64,000 bases of DNA from Centroscyllium fabricii (GCA_051313645.2 JBNRSN020000001.1:588256001-588320000), one strand, 5' to 3'; numbered from the stretch's first letter, positions 36,500 through 50,107 are shown. Notes: generated by a model not told the origin, from the letters alone. Translations and numbers: made by a program.

Positions 36500-39400
36500 A
36501 CAAGAAATAGGAAGAGCAAGTTAAAAACAAAGAAATAGGAGGAGTAGGCCATACGGCCCTTCGAGCCTACGCCACCATTCAATATCATCGCTGAACTTCT
36601 ACATCAACTCCACTTTCCCCATATCGCTCGATTCCCTTAGTGCCTAAGAATCTATCATAGAGTCATAGAGTAATACAGCACAGTAAGAGGCCCTTCGGCC
36701 CATCGCGTCCGTGCCGCCCATCAATTCCAGTCTATATTACTCCCATTTTCCCGCATTTGGTCCGTAGCCTTGTATGCTGTGGTGTTTCAAGTGCTCATCC
36801 AAATGCTTTTTGAATGTTGTGAGGGTTCCTGCCTCTACCACCCTCTCAGGCAGTGAGTTCCAGACTCCAACCACCCTCTGGGTGAAAAAGTTCTTCCTCA
36901 CATCCCCACGATACCTCCTGCCCCTTACCCTGAAATTATACCCCCTAGTTATTGACCCCTCAACCAAGGGAAAAAGTTCCACTCCATCCACCCTATCTAT
37001 TCCCCCCACAATTTTGTACACCTCAATCAGGTCTCCCCTCAGCCTCCTCTGCTCCAAGGAAAACAACCTCAGCTTCTCCAGTCTCTCTTCATAGCTGAGG
37101 CTCCACAGCCCAGGCAGCATCCTGGTGAATCTCCTCTGCACCCTCTCCAAAGCTTTTACATCCTTCCTATAGTGTGGCGACCAGAACTGCACACAGTACT
37201 CCAGCTATGGTCTTACCAGTGTTTTGTACAGCTCCATCATAACTTCCCTGTTCTTATATTCTATGCCTCGGCTAATGAAGGCAAGTATCCCATATGCCTT
37301 TTTAACCACCTTATCCACCTGTCCTGCTGCCTTCAGGGACCTATGTACCTGCACACCAAGGTCCCTCTGATCCTCTGTCCTCCCTAGCGTCCTACCATTC
37401 ATGGTGTATTCCCTTGCCATGTTAGACCTACCGAAATGCATCACCTCACACTTTTCAGGATTAAATTCCATTTGCCACTGTTCCGCCCATCTTACCAACT
37501 CATCTATGTCGTCCTGCATGTTGCGGTTTTCCTCCTCACTATTTACCAACCCCCCAACTTTTGTGTCATCTGCAAACTTACTGATCATGCCTTTTACATT
37601 AATATCTAAATTATTAATATAGACTACAAACAGCAAGGGACCCAACACCGATCCCTGCGGTACCCCACTGGACACAGGCTTCCAGTCACAAACACAACCT
37701 TCGACCATCACCCTCTGCCTCCTGTCACTAAGCCAGTTTTGGATCCTATGTGCCAAGGTGCCCTGGATCCCATGGGCTCTTACCTTCTTGACCAGTCTCC
37801 TATGCGGGACCTTATCAAAAGCCTTACTGAAATCCATGTATACCACATCCACTGCACTACCCTCATACACACACCTGGTCACCCCTTCAAAAAATTAAAT
37901 CAAATTAGTCAGACATGATCTTCCCTTGACGAAGCCATGTTGACTATCCTTAATTAATCCTTCCCTCTCCAAGTGGAGACTAATTCTGTCCCTCAGGATT
38001 TTTTCTAGTAATTTCCCCACCACTGATGTCAGGCTCACCGGCCTGTAATTCCCTGGTTTATCCCCACTACCTTTCTTGAATAATGGCACTACATTGGCCA
38101 TTCTCCAGTCGTCCGGCACATCACCTGTGGCCAGAGAGGTTCTGAAAATTTGTGTCAGAGCCCCTGCAATCTACTTCCTTAGCCTCACCCAGCAGCCTGG
38201 GATACATCTCGTCAGGGCCTGGAGACTTATTCACTTTTAAGCCTGCTAAAACCGCTAGTACCTCCTCCCTGTCAATACTAATATGATCAAGTGTATCGCA
38301 TTCCTCCTGTCTTATTTCAATGTCCACACCGCCCTTCTCCACAGTGAACACAGATGCAAAAAATTCATTCAAAACCCCACCTACATCCTCTGGCTCTACA
38401 CACAGATTCCCACGTTGGTCCCCACCCTTTCCCTCGTTATCCTCTTGCCCTTAATATATTTATAAAACATCTTAGGATTTTCCTTTATTTTGCCCGCCAG
38501 TGTTATCTCATGGCCCGTCTTCGCTCTCCTAATTTCTTTTTTAAGTAACCCCCTGCACCTTCTATACTCTTCCAGAGCCTCCTCTGTCTTTAGTTCTTTA
38601 TGTCTGCCGAAAGCCCCCCTTTTTTTCCGAATCAATTCACGTATATCCCTTGAAATCCAAGGTTCCCTGGGCTTATTGGTCCCACCCTTGACCTTAAGGG
38701 GAACATGTTTCCCTTGTACTTTCTCAATTTCCCTTCTGAACGCATCCCACTGTTCTGATGCGGACTTTCCTTCGAGTAGCTGGTCCCAGTCCACTTGGGC
38801 CAGCTCCTGCCTTATCATATTAAAATCGGCCTTGCCCCAATTTAGAACCTTTATTTCTGGTCCATCGTTGTCCTTCTCCATTACTACCTTAAATATCTAC
38901 CTATCGATCTCAGTCATGAATATACTCAACGTCTGAGCATCCACAGCCCCCTGGGGTAGAGAATTCCAAAGATTCACAACCCTCTGAGTTAATAAATTTG
39001 TCATCTAAATGGCCGGCCCCTTATCCTGAGACTATGACCCCTAATTGTAGACTCTCCAGCCAGGGGAAGCAGCCTCTCAGCATCTACCCTGTCAAGCCCG
39101 CTAAGAATTTTATACGTTTCAATGAGATCACCTCTCATTCTTCTAAACTCCAGAGAATATAGGCTCATTCTACTCAATCTCTTGTCAGGGCAGCCCCCTC
39201 ATCCCAGGAATCAATCTAATGAACCTTCTTTAAGGCAAGTATATCCTCCCTTAGGTAAGAAAACCAAAACTGTACACAGTACTCTAGGTGTCATCTCACC
39301 AAAGCCCTACATAATTGCAGCAAGACTTCCTTACTCTTATAATCTAACCCCCTTGCAATAAAGGCCAACATACCATTTGCCATCTTATTTCCTTGCGGTA

Positions 39401-39880
39401 CTTGCATGTTAACTTTATGATTCATGTACAAAGATACCTAAAACCCTCAATACCAACATTTACTAGTCTCTCACCATTCAAAAAATATTCTGCTTTTCAA
39501 TTCTTACCGAAGTGGATAATTTCACACTTCCCCACATTAGACTCCATCCGCCACCAATAATTCTTGCCCAATCACTTAACCAGGTCTCGATAGCTTTGCA
39601 GCCTCCTCACAGGTTACTTTCCCACCTAACTTTGTATCGTCAACAAACTTGAATATATTACACTGAGTCCCATCATTTAAGTCATTGATGTAGATTACAA
39701 ATAGCTGTAGATTGCAAATAGCTAAGGCCCAAGCACTGATCCTGGCGGCACCCCAGTAGTTACACCCTGCCACCCCGAAAATTACCCGTTTATCCCTACT
39801 CTGTTTTCTGCTCGTTAACCAATCCTCAACCATACCAATATATTACCGCCAATCCGATGAGCCCTAATCTTGTCTAACAC
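36500..39880 (-). mobile_element. CR1 LINE containing a second nested CR1 family member (about 36656-38890)
   Basis: Inner CR1 ORFs 36737-38881 have their own (ctatga) tail. The outer CR1 tail is at 36500-36655 and the element resumes at about 38891. Confidence 0.85.
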
Positions 39881-40039
39881 CATCAAGGTCATGAAAAGTA
39901 AACTAGAAGATGAACTAAATCATAATGTAGTGATGAGGTGACATCAAGCTTGGATTTTTAAAGCTTGAAGGAAGAAGCTTGGGTAGGAGAGAAAATAGGA
40001 AATGATGGGTTTAGGTTAGGAGAGAGTGTAGTGATAATG

Positions 40040-40450
40040 GGAATGTACACAAATTGGCAGGATGTAATTAATGGTGCCTCCAGGGATCTGTACTGGAACC
40101 TCAGTTTTTCACGATATTTATAACTGACTTAAATTAAAAGGAATACGTGCCATATATGCAAGTTTGCTGACGACGCCAAGTTAGGTGGCACAGTAAATAA
40201 TGCAGATGGGAGCAGAAAGTTGTCAAGGGACATTGATAGATTAAGTGAGAGGGCAAAACTGTGACAGATAGGAGTTCAATGTGGGAAAGTGTGAGGTCAT
40301 CCACTTTGGACCCAGTAAAGATAGATCAGAATGTTTTCTAGATGGTGAGAAGCTAGGAACTGTGGAGGAGCAGGGAGATTTAGGGGTCTAAGTACAGAAG
40401 TCACTAAAAGCTAATGAACAGGTACAAAAAATAATTTAAAATGCTAATGG
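40040..40450 (+). mobile_element. Decayed CR1 RT fragment
   Basis: GASRDLYWN (degenerate GVPQGSVL), CKFADDAKLGG and KCEVIHFG motifs. Confidence 0.7.
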
Positions 40451-41020
40451 AGATAGCCATAGAGCAGGAGCAATAGACAGAGCGAGTGAGCTGGACAGAG
40501 AGCAAGTGAGCTGGAAATAGAGCTAGAGCAAGATGGATAGATATTCATAAAGCTTCTAATTAGGTTTATAAAAGTGGACTATAAAATAGTTAGGGAGTAA
40601 CTGAAATTGAGAACCAGTAACCTTGGCATTTATTGTGCATTTCACCTTATAAATTAACAATTATTAAATTTGCAGTTATTTACTTATTTTCAAGGCTTTA
40701 TGCTGGTGAAAGCTCAGGAGGCACAACAGCTATTTTTTCACAATGTTAGGATTGTCTCTACCTTGGCCAAATGTATTCCCCAGCATGAATCACAGAAAAC
40801 GATTATGATGCAATCTGGCTGTTAACTAACTAATGTGGAGAAAGTCCACTAAATATACAAAGTCATTAACATTTTCAGTCCATGATTAACTAGTCCAGAA
40901 GAACACTTAAATTAAAACAGATCTCTCAGAAAAACTGCAAAGGCCATCAGAAGTATCTGAACTCAGCTATTGGAACTAAACTCAAACTATGCAAGTTTTA
41001 TTGCAATCAGAAGTGTAATA

Positions 41021-41506
41021 CAGGTCTGACATCATTAATCCAGCACGGTCGGGACCGGGACGGTGCCGGATTTTTGAAAAATCCAAACGGTTGAAGCTTC
41101 GGGGAGCGCATGTGCAGACCATTTTCAGTTGCCTGCTCATGCGCTCGAAGCATCAATCGTTCTGGGAGAGGCCCGGGCATGCGCAGCAGCCATATTACGC
41201 ATGCGCAGATCAGTCGGGGAGAGGCCCGGGAACGCAGCCATTTTGTGCATGTGCAGGGCAGTCGGGGAGAGGCCTGGGCATGCGCAGCCATATTGCGCAT
41301 GCGCAGACCAATCGGGGAGGGGCCCGGGCATGCGCAGCCAAGCGCGGCGGTCATTTTGCGCATGCGCACACCAGTCGGGGAGAGGCCTGGGCATGCGCAG
41401 CCAAGCGCGGTGGCCATTTTGCGCATGCGCACACCAGTTGGCCGGATTCGTTCCGGACGACTGAAGTTGCCGTATTAACGTGTCCGGATTAACGGTGCTC
41501 AACCTG
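41021..41506 (+). mobile_element. CAGGTTGAGCACC-family MITE, copy 5; interior is a 50-60-bp tandem array rich in GCGCATGCGC
   Basis: TA-caggtctgacatcattaatcc ... ggattaacggtgctcaacctg-TA, with about 5 units of cggggagaggcc.gggcatgcgcagcca...gcgcatgcgca. Confidence 0.85.
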
Positions 41507-43981
41507 TACTGTCATTTCAATGTTGGACGGACATGTTTGGGGTCACAAAACATCATGTTTTCCACAAATCAATACTTCTTAAAACTGCATGCGTGTATTT
41601 ACCCTCCAACTCCTACATACACCCACACATCTACATTTTTATATTTGCCCCATCTCATCTTTTAATACTCCCACATCAACAAGGGGAGGGGGAGGCCTAT
41701 ATCATGCCGTGTTTCAACCAGCTGCTGGGAGATCCAGGGGTTCCTACATTAACAATAGTTCCTTTATAACTTCACTTAGATTATCCGGGAAAAAAAAATG
41801 GATATGCCCATTTCAATTGGCATTTTGGTGCATCAGAAAATGGATAACAAAGTTCCAAGCCATCTAGAGTTTCTCCAGAAAATCAAAATGGCTATTTTGT
41901 TAAGCACATGTGCTTTTTCATTATCAAAGGGACAGGAGTTTGGGGGCTATGGAAAGGGAAACATGAAATTAAAACAGAGGAAGAGAAAGCAATTTATCGT
42001 GGGCACGTTGGTGTGAACACGATTTGCCAGCTATACACGATGGGCGGTATAACAGGATAGTGCTTTGATAGTATTTTCTTTTAATCTGGGTTTGGTTTGC
42101 AGAGTTTCTCCTTGCTTTCCACCTTAGCAGTAGCTAAGGAGAATCTTCTTCTAAGTTTATCACTGTATCTTGCATCTTTTGAAATTTTTCAGCTTAGATT
42201 TGATTTTATCCACTTGATCCATTTCTCTTCCATGGATAGGTTTTTCAGCCCTTGGAACCAAGATTTTCATGTGTGATAGCCATGCTGTCTGTTTATAAAT
42301 GCTATTTGGTAACTCGGGAGAATCATCCCTATTCTTAGCAATATCAATGGAGGATCTCTAGGTTATTTGTGGAACAGCCTCTTAACTTGAAGACATTGGG
42401 GTCAATTTTCCTGAAGGTGTGTGAAATGGGTGGGATCCTCGCTGATCACTATCTTCCCACTATCTGAAGGGTGTGGAAGCCACACGCAATTTTGCATCAA
42501 TTGGCCAATTAAATCCCTGAGTTTGGGAAGCCCCTGCCAATTGATTCATTTTACACAGAAAGCAGGCGGCCTTTCCACTGTGTAAGCAGCAGAGCCGATG
42601 ATTGACAAATCAAAGTGGGCTGCTGCTTTTCTCTGTGGTTTAGGGCATTCTGACGTCATAATCCAATGTAAACAGATTGTAACTGCAACTCGATGGATGA
42701 CAGCTAGGGTTGCAGAATTCAAGGAATTTTTGAGAGAGGAAACTTTCCATGTGAATTTAGGGAATTGAGAGTTTTTTTACACTCATGGTTTTTGTCTCTG
42801 ACCCATATATTATCTTTGTCCTCAAAATAGAAATACTGTTCCATACAAATAAAAGCAGGCTTTCAAAACTTTATTTAGGTTATAATTTTGAACTTTATTG
42901 AAACCCCACAAAAAAGACCCATCTAAAATAAAATAAAAAGAGCGTCAGCTTACTTAGCCTGTAATTTGTCCTTATGTTGTCCCTTTGAGTCTTCTACTCG
43001 TGAGTCTTCTACTCATCATTGCTCCTCCTGATTCTCTGACTCTGGCTCGGACGTGTCCATTTCCTCCTCTGTGTCACTGTCTAGCTGTGTGGTGGACACT
43101 TCTGTATTTGGCTCAATAAGTTGTAGGTTCGCCCGGATAGCCACCAGTTTCTCCACTCTCTTGTTAGTCAGCCTGTTGCGCACCTTTGTATGCGTATTCC
43201 CAAAAAGTGACCAGTTTCGTTCAGAGGCCGCTGATGAAGGTGGGATTTGGAGTATCACCGATGCAATAGGTGACAGGGCCTTAGATGCACAAAGTCCCTT
43301 CCACCAGGTATGTGCACTGAAATGCTTGCATGATTCCCATATCCCTTCTGTGATGGAAATATGTATGTTCATCAGACTGCTTTTCACCTGGACTTGCCTG
43401 TGCTAGGAATGTATGTACCGCCCACCTTTGTCTATTGTATATGTCGGGTTCCGCCCTCGTCTTTTGTTATATGGAGGACTCCAGAGCGGCTTGAGCCATT
43501 CGACCTGGAGAACTCAGTGTGGGAACATGCACCACAGTTCTTAGTTATTAAAAGCATACCTTTAAGTCCTTAAACTTCTCGCTTGGATTATTGATGGCCT
43601 ATCAATTTTAATAACTAAAACATTGCAATGGATCGGCTCCTGATACCAGAGCGCTTAGATTTAGATCCCCACGCCTCTGATACCGCCAAACAGTTCGAAC
43701 ACTGGTTCCAGTGCTTTGAATTTTTTCTGGAAACCTCCGCCGCCACGATAGCATCGGCGACTGCCACCGGGGACGCGAAACTGGGTATCCTACGGAATCG
43801 GGTGAGCCATCGGGTCTCAACCCTCATTAAGGATGCCCCCAGCTATGAAGATGCCTGCCCCACCCTGAAGGCCCACTACGTGCGGCCAGTGAACGAGGTA
43901 TACGCCAGACATCTTCTAAGCACCCGCAAGCAGCGGCCTGGTGAGTCACTGGAGGATTTTATGTTGCACCTAAAAGTACTG

Positions 43982-44134
43982 ATGCAAGAAGTCACACAAC
44001 ACCAGATTATAGTCCAACAGTTTTATTTTAAATCACAAGTGATTTAAAATAAAACTGTTGGGACTATAATCTGGTGTTGTGTGACTTCTTGCATTTGTCC
44101 ACCCCAGTCCAACACCGGCACCTCCACATCATGG
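43982..44134 (+). mobile_element. Penelope terminal fragment in fold-back configuration, inserted in gag
   Basis: Matches 23490-23580. Inverted arms of about 55 bp; 12-bp direct repeat ctaaaagtactg at 43970-43981 and 44135-44146. Confidence 0.85.
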
Positions 44135-45557
44135 CTAAAAGTACTGGGCAGAGACTGTAATTCCAAGGCTGTGTCTGCCACCGTGCACACAGAGGAGCTG
44201 ATCCGTGAAACCTTCATCGCAGGCCTCAGATCGAATTACATTAGGCAGAGGCTGTTCAAGAAAGAGAAGCTAGACTTAAAGCAAGCAACGGACATAGCGT
44301 TCCTCTGGGCCATATCTAGCGATCGCGCGGAGTCTTACCCCTCAGGCCACGCGGCCCACCATGCCTCGTGCGCACCGTGGGGGCAGCCACCTTGGAAGCC
44401 ATCTTCGCCTCCCGGGTTTCAGGCCAGCGCAGCACCACCAGAGCCCCAGCCTCCACCCAGGAGCCCCACTACTGCCGCGATGCATCGGGGCCTGAAATCT
44501 TACCTCTGCGGTCAGGACAGGCACTCGAAGCTTTTGTGCCCAGCGAAAGGCACCACCTGTTTCAGATGCGGGAAGAAAGGCACTTCGGCAAGGTCTGCAG
44601 AGGGAACCCCCGCCTCCAGCTCCTCCACCGCCGCGTGCGCGCAGTGGGGGCAGCCATCTTGGTCGCCATCTTGCCCCGACTCTTCCAGCTCCCCCACCGC
44701 TGCGCGCGCGCCATGGGGGCAACCATCTTGGACACCATCTTGCCCCGACTCTTCCAGCTCCCCCACCGTTGCGCGCGCGCACCGTGGGGGCAACCATCTT
44801 GAACACCATCTTGTCCCAACTCCACACACCTCCAGGACCCAATGGTGGGCATGATTACAGTGGATCAGTCCAGGCCACACCCACTGTCCAAATCGATGAT
44901 GGACATAAGAGTCAACGGGAACAATTGTTAAATGCCTGATTGACTGCGGGAGCACCGAAAGCTTCATCCACCCCAGTCTGGTGAAGAAACTCTCACGAAT
45001 AGTAGTCCCTACACAGGGCAAAATCGCCATGGCGGATAAAACACCCACCTCACATATTACGGGGTTCTGCATGGTTATGCTGTCAGTCAAGGGCAATGAT
45101 TATAAAGATTTTAAACTACTGGTAATGCCAGACCTGTGTGAGAGCGTGATCTTGGGTCTGGATTTTCAGTGCCACCACCAAAGTATCACGCTCACCTCCG
45201 GTGGGTCCCAGCCACCCCTCTGTGTGCGGTCTGGCTACCCTGAAGGTCAAGCTGCCCTGCCTGTTCGCCAATCTCGCTCCGAACTGTCGCCCCATAGCGA
45301 CCAAGAGCAGGCGGTACAGTCGGGAGGACAGACGGTTCATTGTGGCGGAAGTTGAAAGACTACGGCGGGAGGGTATCATTGAATGCAGTACCAGCCCATG
45401 GCGCGCCCAGCTGGTAGCAGTCAAGGGGAGCGAAAAGAACGGATGGTGATAGATTATAGCCAGACGGTTAACCTACACACCCAGCTGGATGCCTACCCCC
45501 TGCCCTGCATATCAGATATGGTCATCGAAATCGCCCAATACCGGGTGTTTTCCACCA

Positions 45558-47064
45558 CGTAGAGTGAACGCACGGAAGGCCGCGGGTCCTGATGGCATCC
45601 CCGGCCGGGCACTCAAAGAATGTGCCGACCAACTGGCTGAAGTCTTCACTGACATCTTCAACCTGTCACTGGCGAAGGCAGCTGTCCCTACCTGCTTCAA
45701 GACCGCCACCATCATCCCTGTGCCCAAGAAAACGGCCGTGACGTGCCTGAACGACTACCGCCCTGTTGCACTTACACCCATTATCATGAAGTGTTTCGAG
45801 CGGCTGGTCCTGGCCCACATCAAAGCCAGCATCCCCGCCGCCCTGGACCAATACCAGTTCGCCTACCGTGGGAACAGATCTACAGAAGATGCTATCACTA
45901 CGGCTCTTCACTCTGCATTAACCACCTGGATAGCAAAGATACGTATATCAGAATGCTGTTTATTGACTACAGCTCAGCATTCAACACCATCGTCCCCAGC
46001 AAATTATCTACCAAACTCCTCACCCTCGGCCTGAACACCTCCCTCTGCAACTGGACCCTGGACTTCCTAACCAACAGACCACAGTCTGTGAAGTTAGGCA
46101 ACCTCACCTCCCCCCCCCACCTTACCCTGAACACGGGGGCCCCACAAGGTTGTGTGCTCAGCCCCCTCCTCTACTCCCTCTTCACTCACGACTGTGTGGC
46201 TGTCCATGGCTCCAACACGATCATCAAGTTTGCGGATGACACCACGGTGGTTGGCCAGATCACCAACAACGATGAGTCAGCCTACAGGGATGAGATCCAG
46301 CGCCTTGTGGGTTGGTGTGCCGACAACAACCTGGCACTGAACACCAAGAAAACCAAGGAGATCATAGTGGACTTCCGGAGGACTGGAAGCAGAAGACACC
46401 CCCCCATCTTCATCCAAGGGGCTGAGTTGGAAAGGGTGTCCAGCTTCAAGTTCCTCGGGGTCCACATCTCGGAAGATCTCTCCTGGTCACTAAACACCTC
46501 CTCTCTGGTTAAGAAGGCCCAACAGCGCCTCTACTTCCTAAGGAAGCTGAAGAAAGCCAGGCTGTCATCCGGCATCCTCTCCAACTTCTACCGCTGCACA
46601 ATCGAAAGCATACTGACAAGCTGCATCATAGTCTGGTATGGAAATTGCACCATCTCGGACCGGAAGACCCTGCAGCGGGTAGTCAAAACTGCCCAACGAA
46701 TTACCGGTACCCAGCTACCGTCAATGGAAAGCATCCACCTCAAACGCTGCCTACGGAGGTCTCTGAACATTATTAAAGACCCCACACACCCCAGCCACAG
46801 TCTGTTCGCCCCCCTGCCCTCCGGGAGACGCTACAGAGCAATTTGCACCCGCACGACTAGATTTCAGAACAGCTTCTTCCCCAGGGCTGTCAGCCTACTG
46901 AACTCTGAAAATAAACTCCGGTACCTGCACGCCTGATAATGTACTTTACTGTATGCAATTTGCATGTAATTTATTTGCACTACTCTCGGGAGAGTCGAGT
47001 CTTCGTCTCGTTGTATTGTACTAGTACTCTGCAATGACAATAAAACTTGAATTGAATTGAATTG
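45558..47064 (+). mobile_element. Rex1/Babar-clade LINE, 5'-truncated, inserted in the Gypsy RT
   Basis: [94 protein letters not shown] and (ttgaa)n tail. The Gypsy reading ST|IDLKSAYHQL resumes after it. Confidence 0.92.
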
Positions 47065-50000
47065 ATTGACCTGAAATCGGCATACCACCAGCTCTCCATT
47101 AGGCCGGAGGACCGCCCTATCACGAGGGATGTGTGCCAGCACCCAGGGAGACAGGCTACAGGCCCTGCACAATGACCCCTGCCACCCGGGAATCACCCAG
47201 CTATTCCACCTGATAAAATCCCGTAACCTGCCCTATTCCATTGAAGAGGTCCATGACCAGGAACTGCCGCATCGGCGCGGAGTGCAAGCCCTGATTTCAC
47301 AGGCCCAACCGAGCCCACCTGATCAAAGCTACACGGCCATTTGAGCACCTAAGCTTAGACTTCAAGGGACCCCTCCCCTCCACCAATCGCAATGTGTACT
47401 TCCTCAATATCGTGGACGAGTACTCCCACTTCCCATTAGCCTACCCCTACCCAGACATGACCAGTGCCACGGTCATCAAGTGCCTCGGCAGCCTGTTTTG
47501 CATGTTCGGCATGCCAAGCTGCATCCACTGACAGAGGGGCGTCGTTTATGAGCAACGAGCTACGCCAATAACTGCTGTCAAAAGGGATAGCCACGAGTCG
47601 GACCACGAGTTATAATCCCCGGGGTACTGGGCAAGTGGAGAGGGAGAACGCAAAAGTGTGGAAGGCAGTCACCTTAGCGTTAAGGCCCAGAGACCTCCCC
47701 ATCTCCCGCTGGCAGGAGGTAATCCTGGATGTACTCCACTCGATCAGGTTGCTCCTGTGCACAGCGACCAATACCACCCCTCACGAGAAGATGTTTGTGT
47801 TTCCCCGCAAGTCAACTTCAGGGGTGTCCCTACCCTCGTGGCTCTCCACCCCAGGATCTGTCCCACTACGGCAGCATGTGAGAGGCCACAAAACGGACCC
47901 CCTGGTAGAGGCAGTACACCGACTGCACACGAACCCACAGTACGCGTACGTCAGGCACGCCGATGGGCGTGATAGCACTGTGTCCATGAAGGACCTCGCT
48001 CCGGCGGGAGATGACGGCATCCCGCCCACACCACCCCCAGAAGTACCTGCCACACCCTCAGCACATGGGTATGCCCAGGAGGGCACCACAGACACCCGGC
48101 CTGAACCCGAGGTACTGTTGCTCCGATTGGGGCGGACTATCACACCCCCGGTCAGACTCAATTTTTAAGAAGGAGTGAATGAGATGAAATATGCATGTTC
48201 ATCAGGCTGTGCTTTTCACCTGGACTTGCCTGTGCTAGGAATGTATGTACCGCCCACCTTTGTCTATTGTATATGTCTCTTGTTATGCGTAGGACTCCAG
48301 AGCGGCTTGAGCCATTCGACCTGGAGAACTCAGTGTGGGAACACGCACCACAGTTCTTAGTTATTAAAAGCCTACCTTTAAGTGCTTAAACCTCTCGCTT
48401 GGATTATTGATGGCCTATCACCGTCCCCATTCCAAAGACTTTGCTTGGCAGAGAACTTTGCCAGACTTCCCAGAACTTTGCCCACATCAAGATTGAGATG
48501 GTGTGCGAGGGTAGAAATCACACTAAGCGCTGTTGATCTGTTCTCCAGAAAGTATTGGTCTCCCAACATGCTTTGGGTCCAGCATGTATGCTGCAGCATG
48601 AGCGGCTTGACACAAAATTCTTGACTCGTCTGCATGAATTGAACAATTGCCTTCTCCTCTGCTTTGAGCAGCAGGGATGTGGGTAGGTCAATGCTGATTT
48701 GTTCTTTTAAATCAGCAAAAAGCCTGAGAGCATCTGACAAGACAGCGTCATCTCCTTCAATCTGAGCAATTGCAGATGCTACTGGTGAGAGTAGTTTAAG
48801 GCTGCTAACCACTCTCTCGCCAAACACATCATCCAGCAGTATTTTCTTGCTGGTGGTTGGTTTCCATATCCCCAGACTGGGATATTGCCATTTCTTGCAG
48901 TGACTCCTTACCCTCCAGAAGGCTGTTACCCTCCAGAAGGCTGTTGTACACTATGACAACACCACCCCATCTAGTGTTGTTGGGCAGCTTCAGTGTGGTG
49001 TTCTTTTTCTTTGTCATTTGCTTGGAGTTGTAGGTTGCTGCAACTACCTGTTTTCCCGACATACTTAACAACTTGCTTGGCTCTCTTGTACTGTGCTTCC
49101 ATGGTTCTCAAACCCATGATGTCCTTGAGGAGCAGGTTAAGCCCATGAGCTGCGCACCCAATAGACGTAATAGGCCTCCTCCACTGGAGCCCAAGCAGCC
49201 TTCATATTCGCAGCATTGTCAGTAACTACTGCAAAGACCTTTTGTGATCCAAGACCGTTGATGACCGCTTTCAGCTCATCAGCAATGTATGTGCCTGTGT
49301 GTCTGTTGTCCTTCGTGTCTGTGCTCTTGAACACGGAGAGGAGTGGAGACGATGTAGTTTATGATGCCCTCCCCTCGTACATTTGACCACCCATCTAAGA
49401 TAACTGCAACACAATCTGCCATCTCTGATTGTTTCTTTGAGCTTTCCTTGGTCTCTGTTATACTCAGCCTCCAGCAAATAAGTAGACAAAGCATGTCTGG
49501 TGGGAGGACAGTATGCAGGGCGAATAACATTGAAAAATCTCTTCCAGTACACATTGGCTGTGAGCATGAGGGGTGAGCCTGTTGCATATATAGCTCGAGC
49601 AAGGCACTCATCTGTATTCTGCTAGCTATGGCTTTCCATTGTATCAAAGAACCTTGCAAGTGGGCCAGGAATTGCTGATGCTGAATGAGAACCATCATCT
49701 TCTTGAATGGAAGCAAAGGAACTCTGGGCTGACTGCTGTGAGCTTTGAGTGAAGTTGCTGCATTTGGGTAAATGCTGCTGCATCTTTGCGGCATTCTTTA
49801 CATATGGCTTTGTGACGTATCGTCAATATCTCTTAATAAAAGACTGGACGAGTAGTTACCGTAACTATAGGCTTTTAATAACTTACTTTGGAGCTACCCT
49901 CCGAACGAACATCAGAACAGAATGAGGGAGCATCGGTCAGTCCTCACCTATAAAGGCCTCACCTGGGGGAGGAGTTAAAGGTGTGGCTGACCTGGCTCCA

Positions 50001-50107
50001 CGACAGTATTACAGGCTGTGTATCACACACAGCCAATTGTTGGCAACAATAATTACAGTGGTAATATATACAATAAGCGTTACCACATTCACCCCTTCTT
50101 GAAAATT

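Larger units (their letters stand above)
43349..48420 (+). mobile_element. Gypsy LTR retrotransposon (copy A), defective; LTRs 43349-43604 and 48180-48420
   Basis: Matching TG..CA LTRs, TSD ccttc/ccgtc, PPT aagaaggagtgaa. Gag from 43628, protease LIDCGSTES, RT start, RT-RH deletion near 47125, and integrase. Confidence 0.92.

Noticed and set aside
42060-42390. Protein-like minus-strand stretch
   Set aside because: Multiple stops; most likely an ancient L1/Tx1 remnant, too decayed to call.
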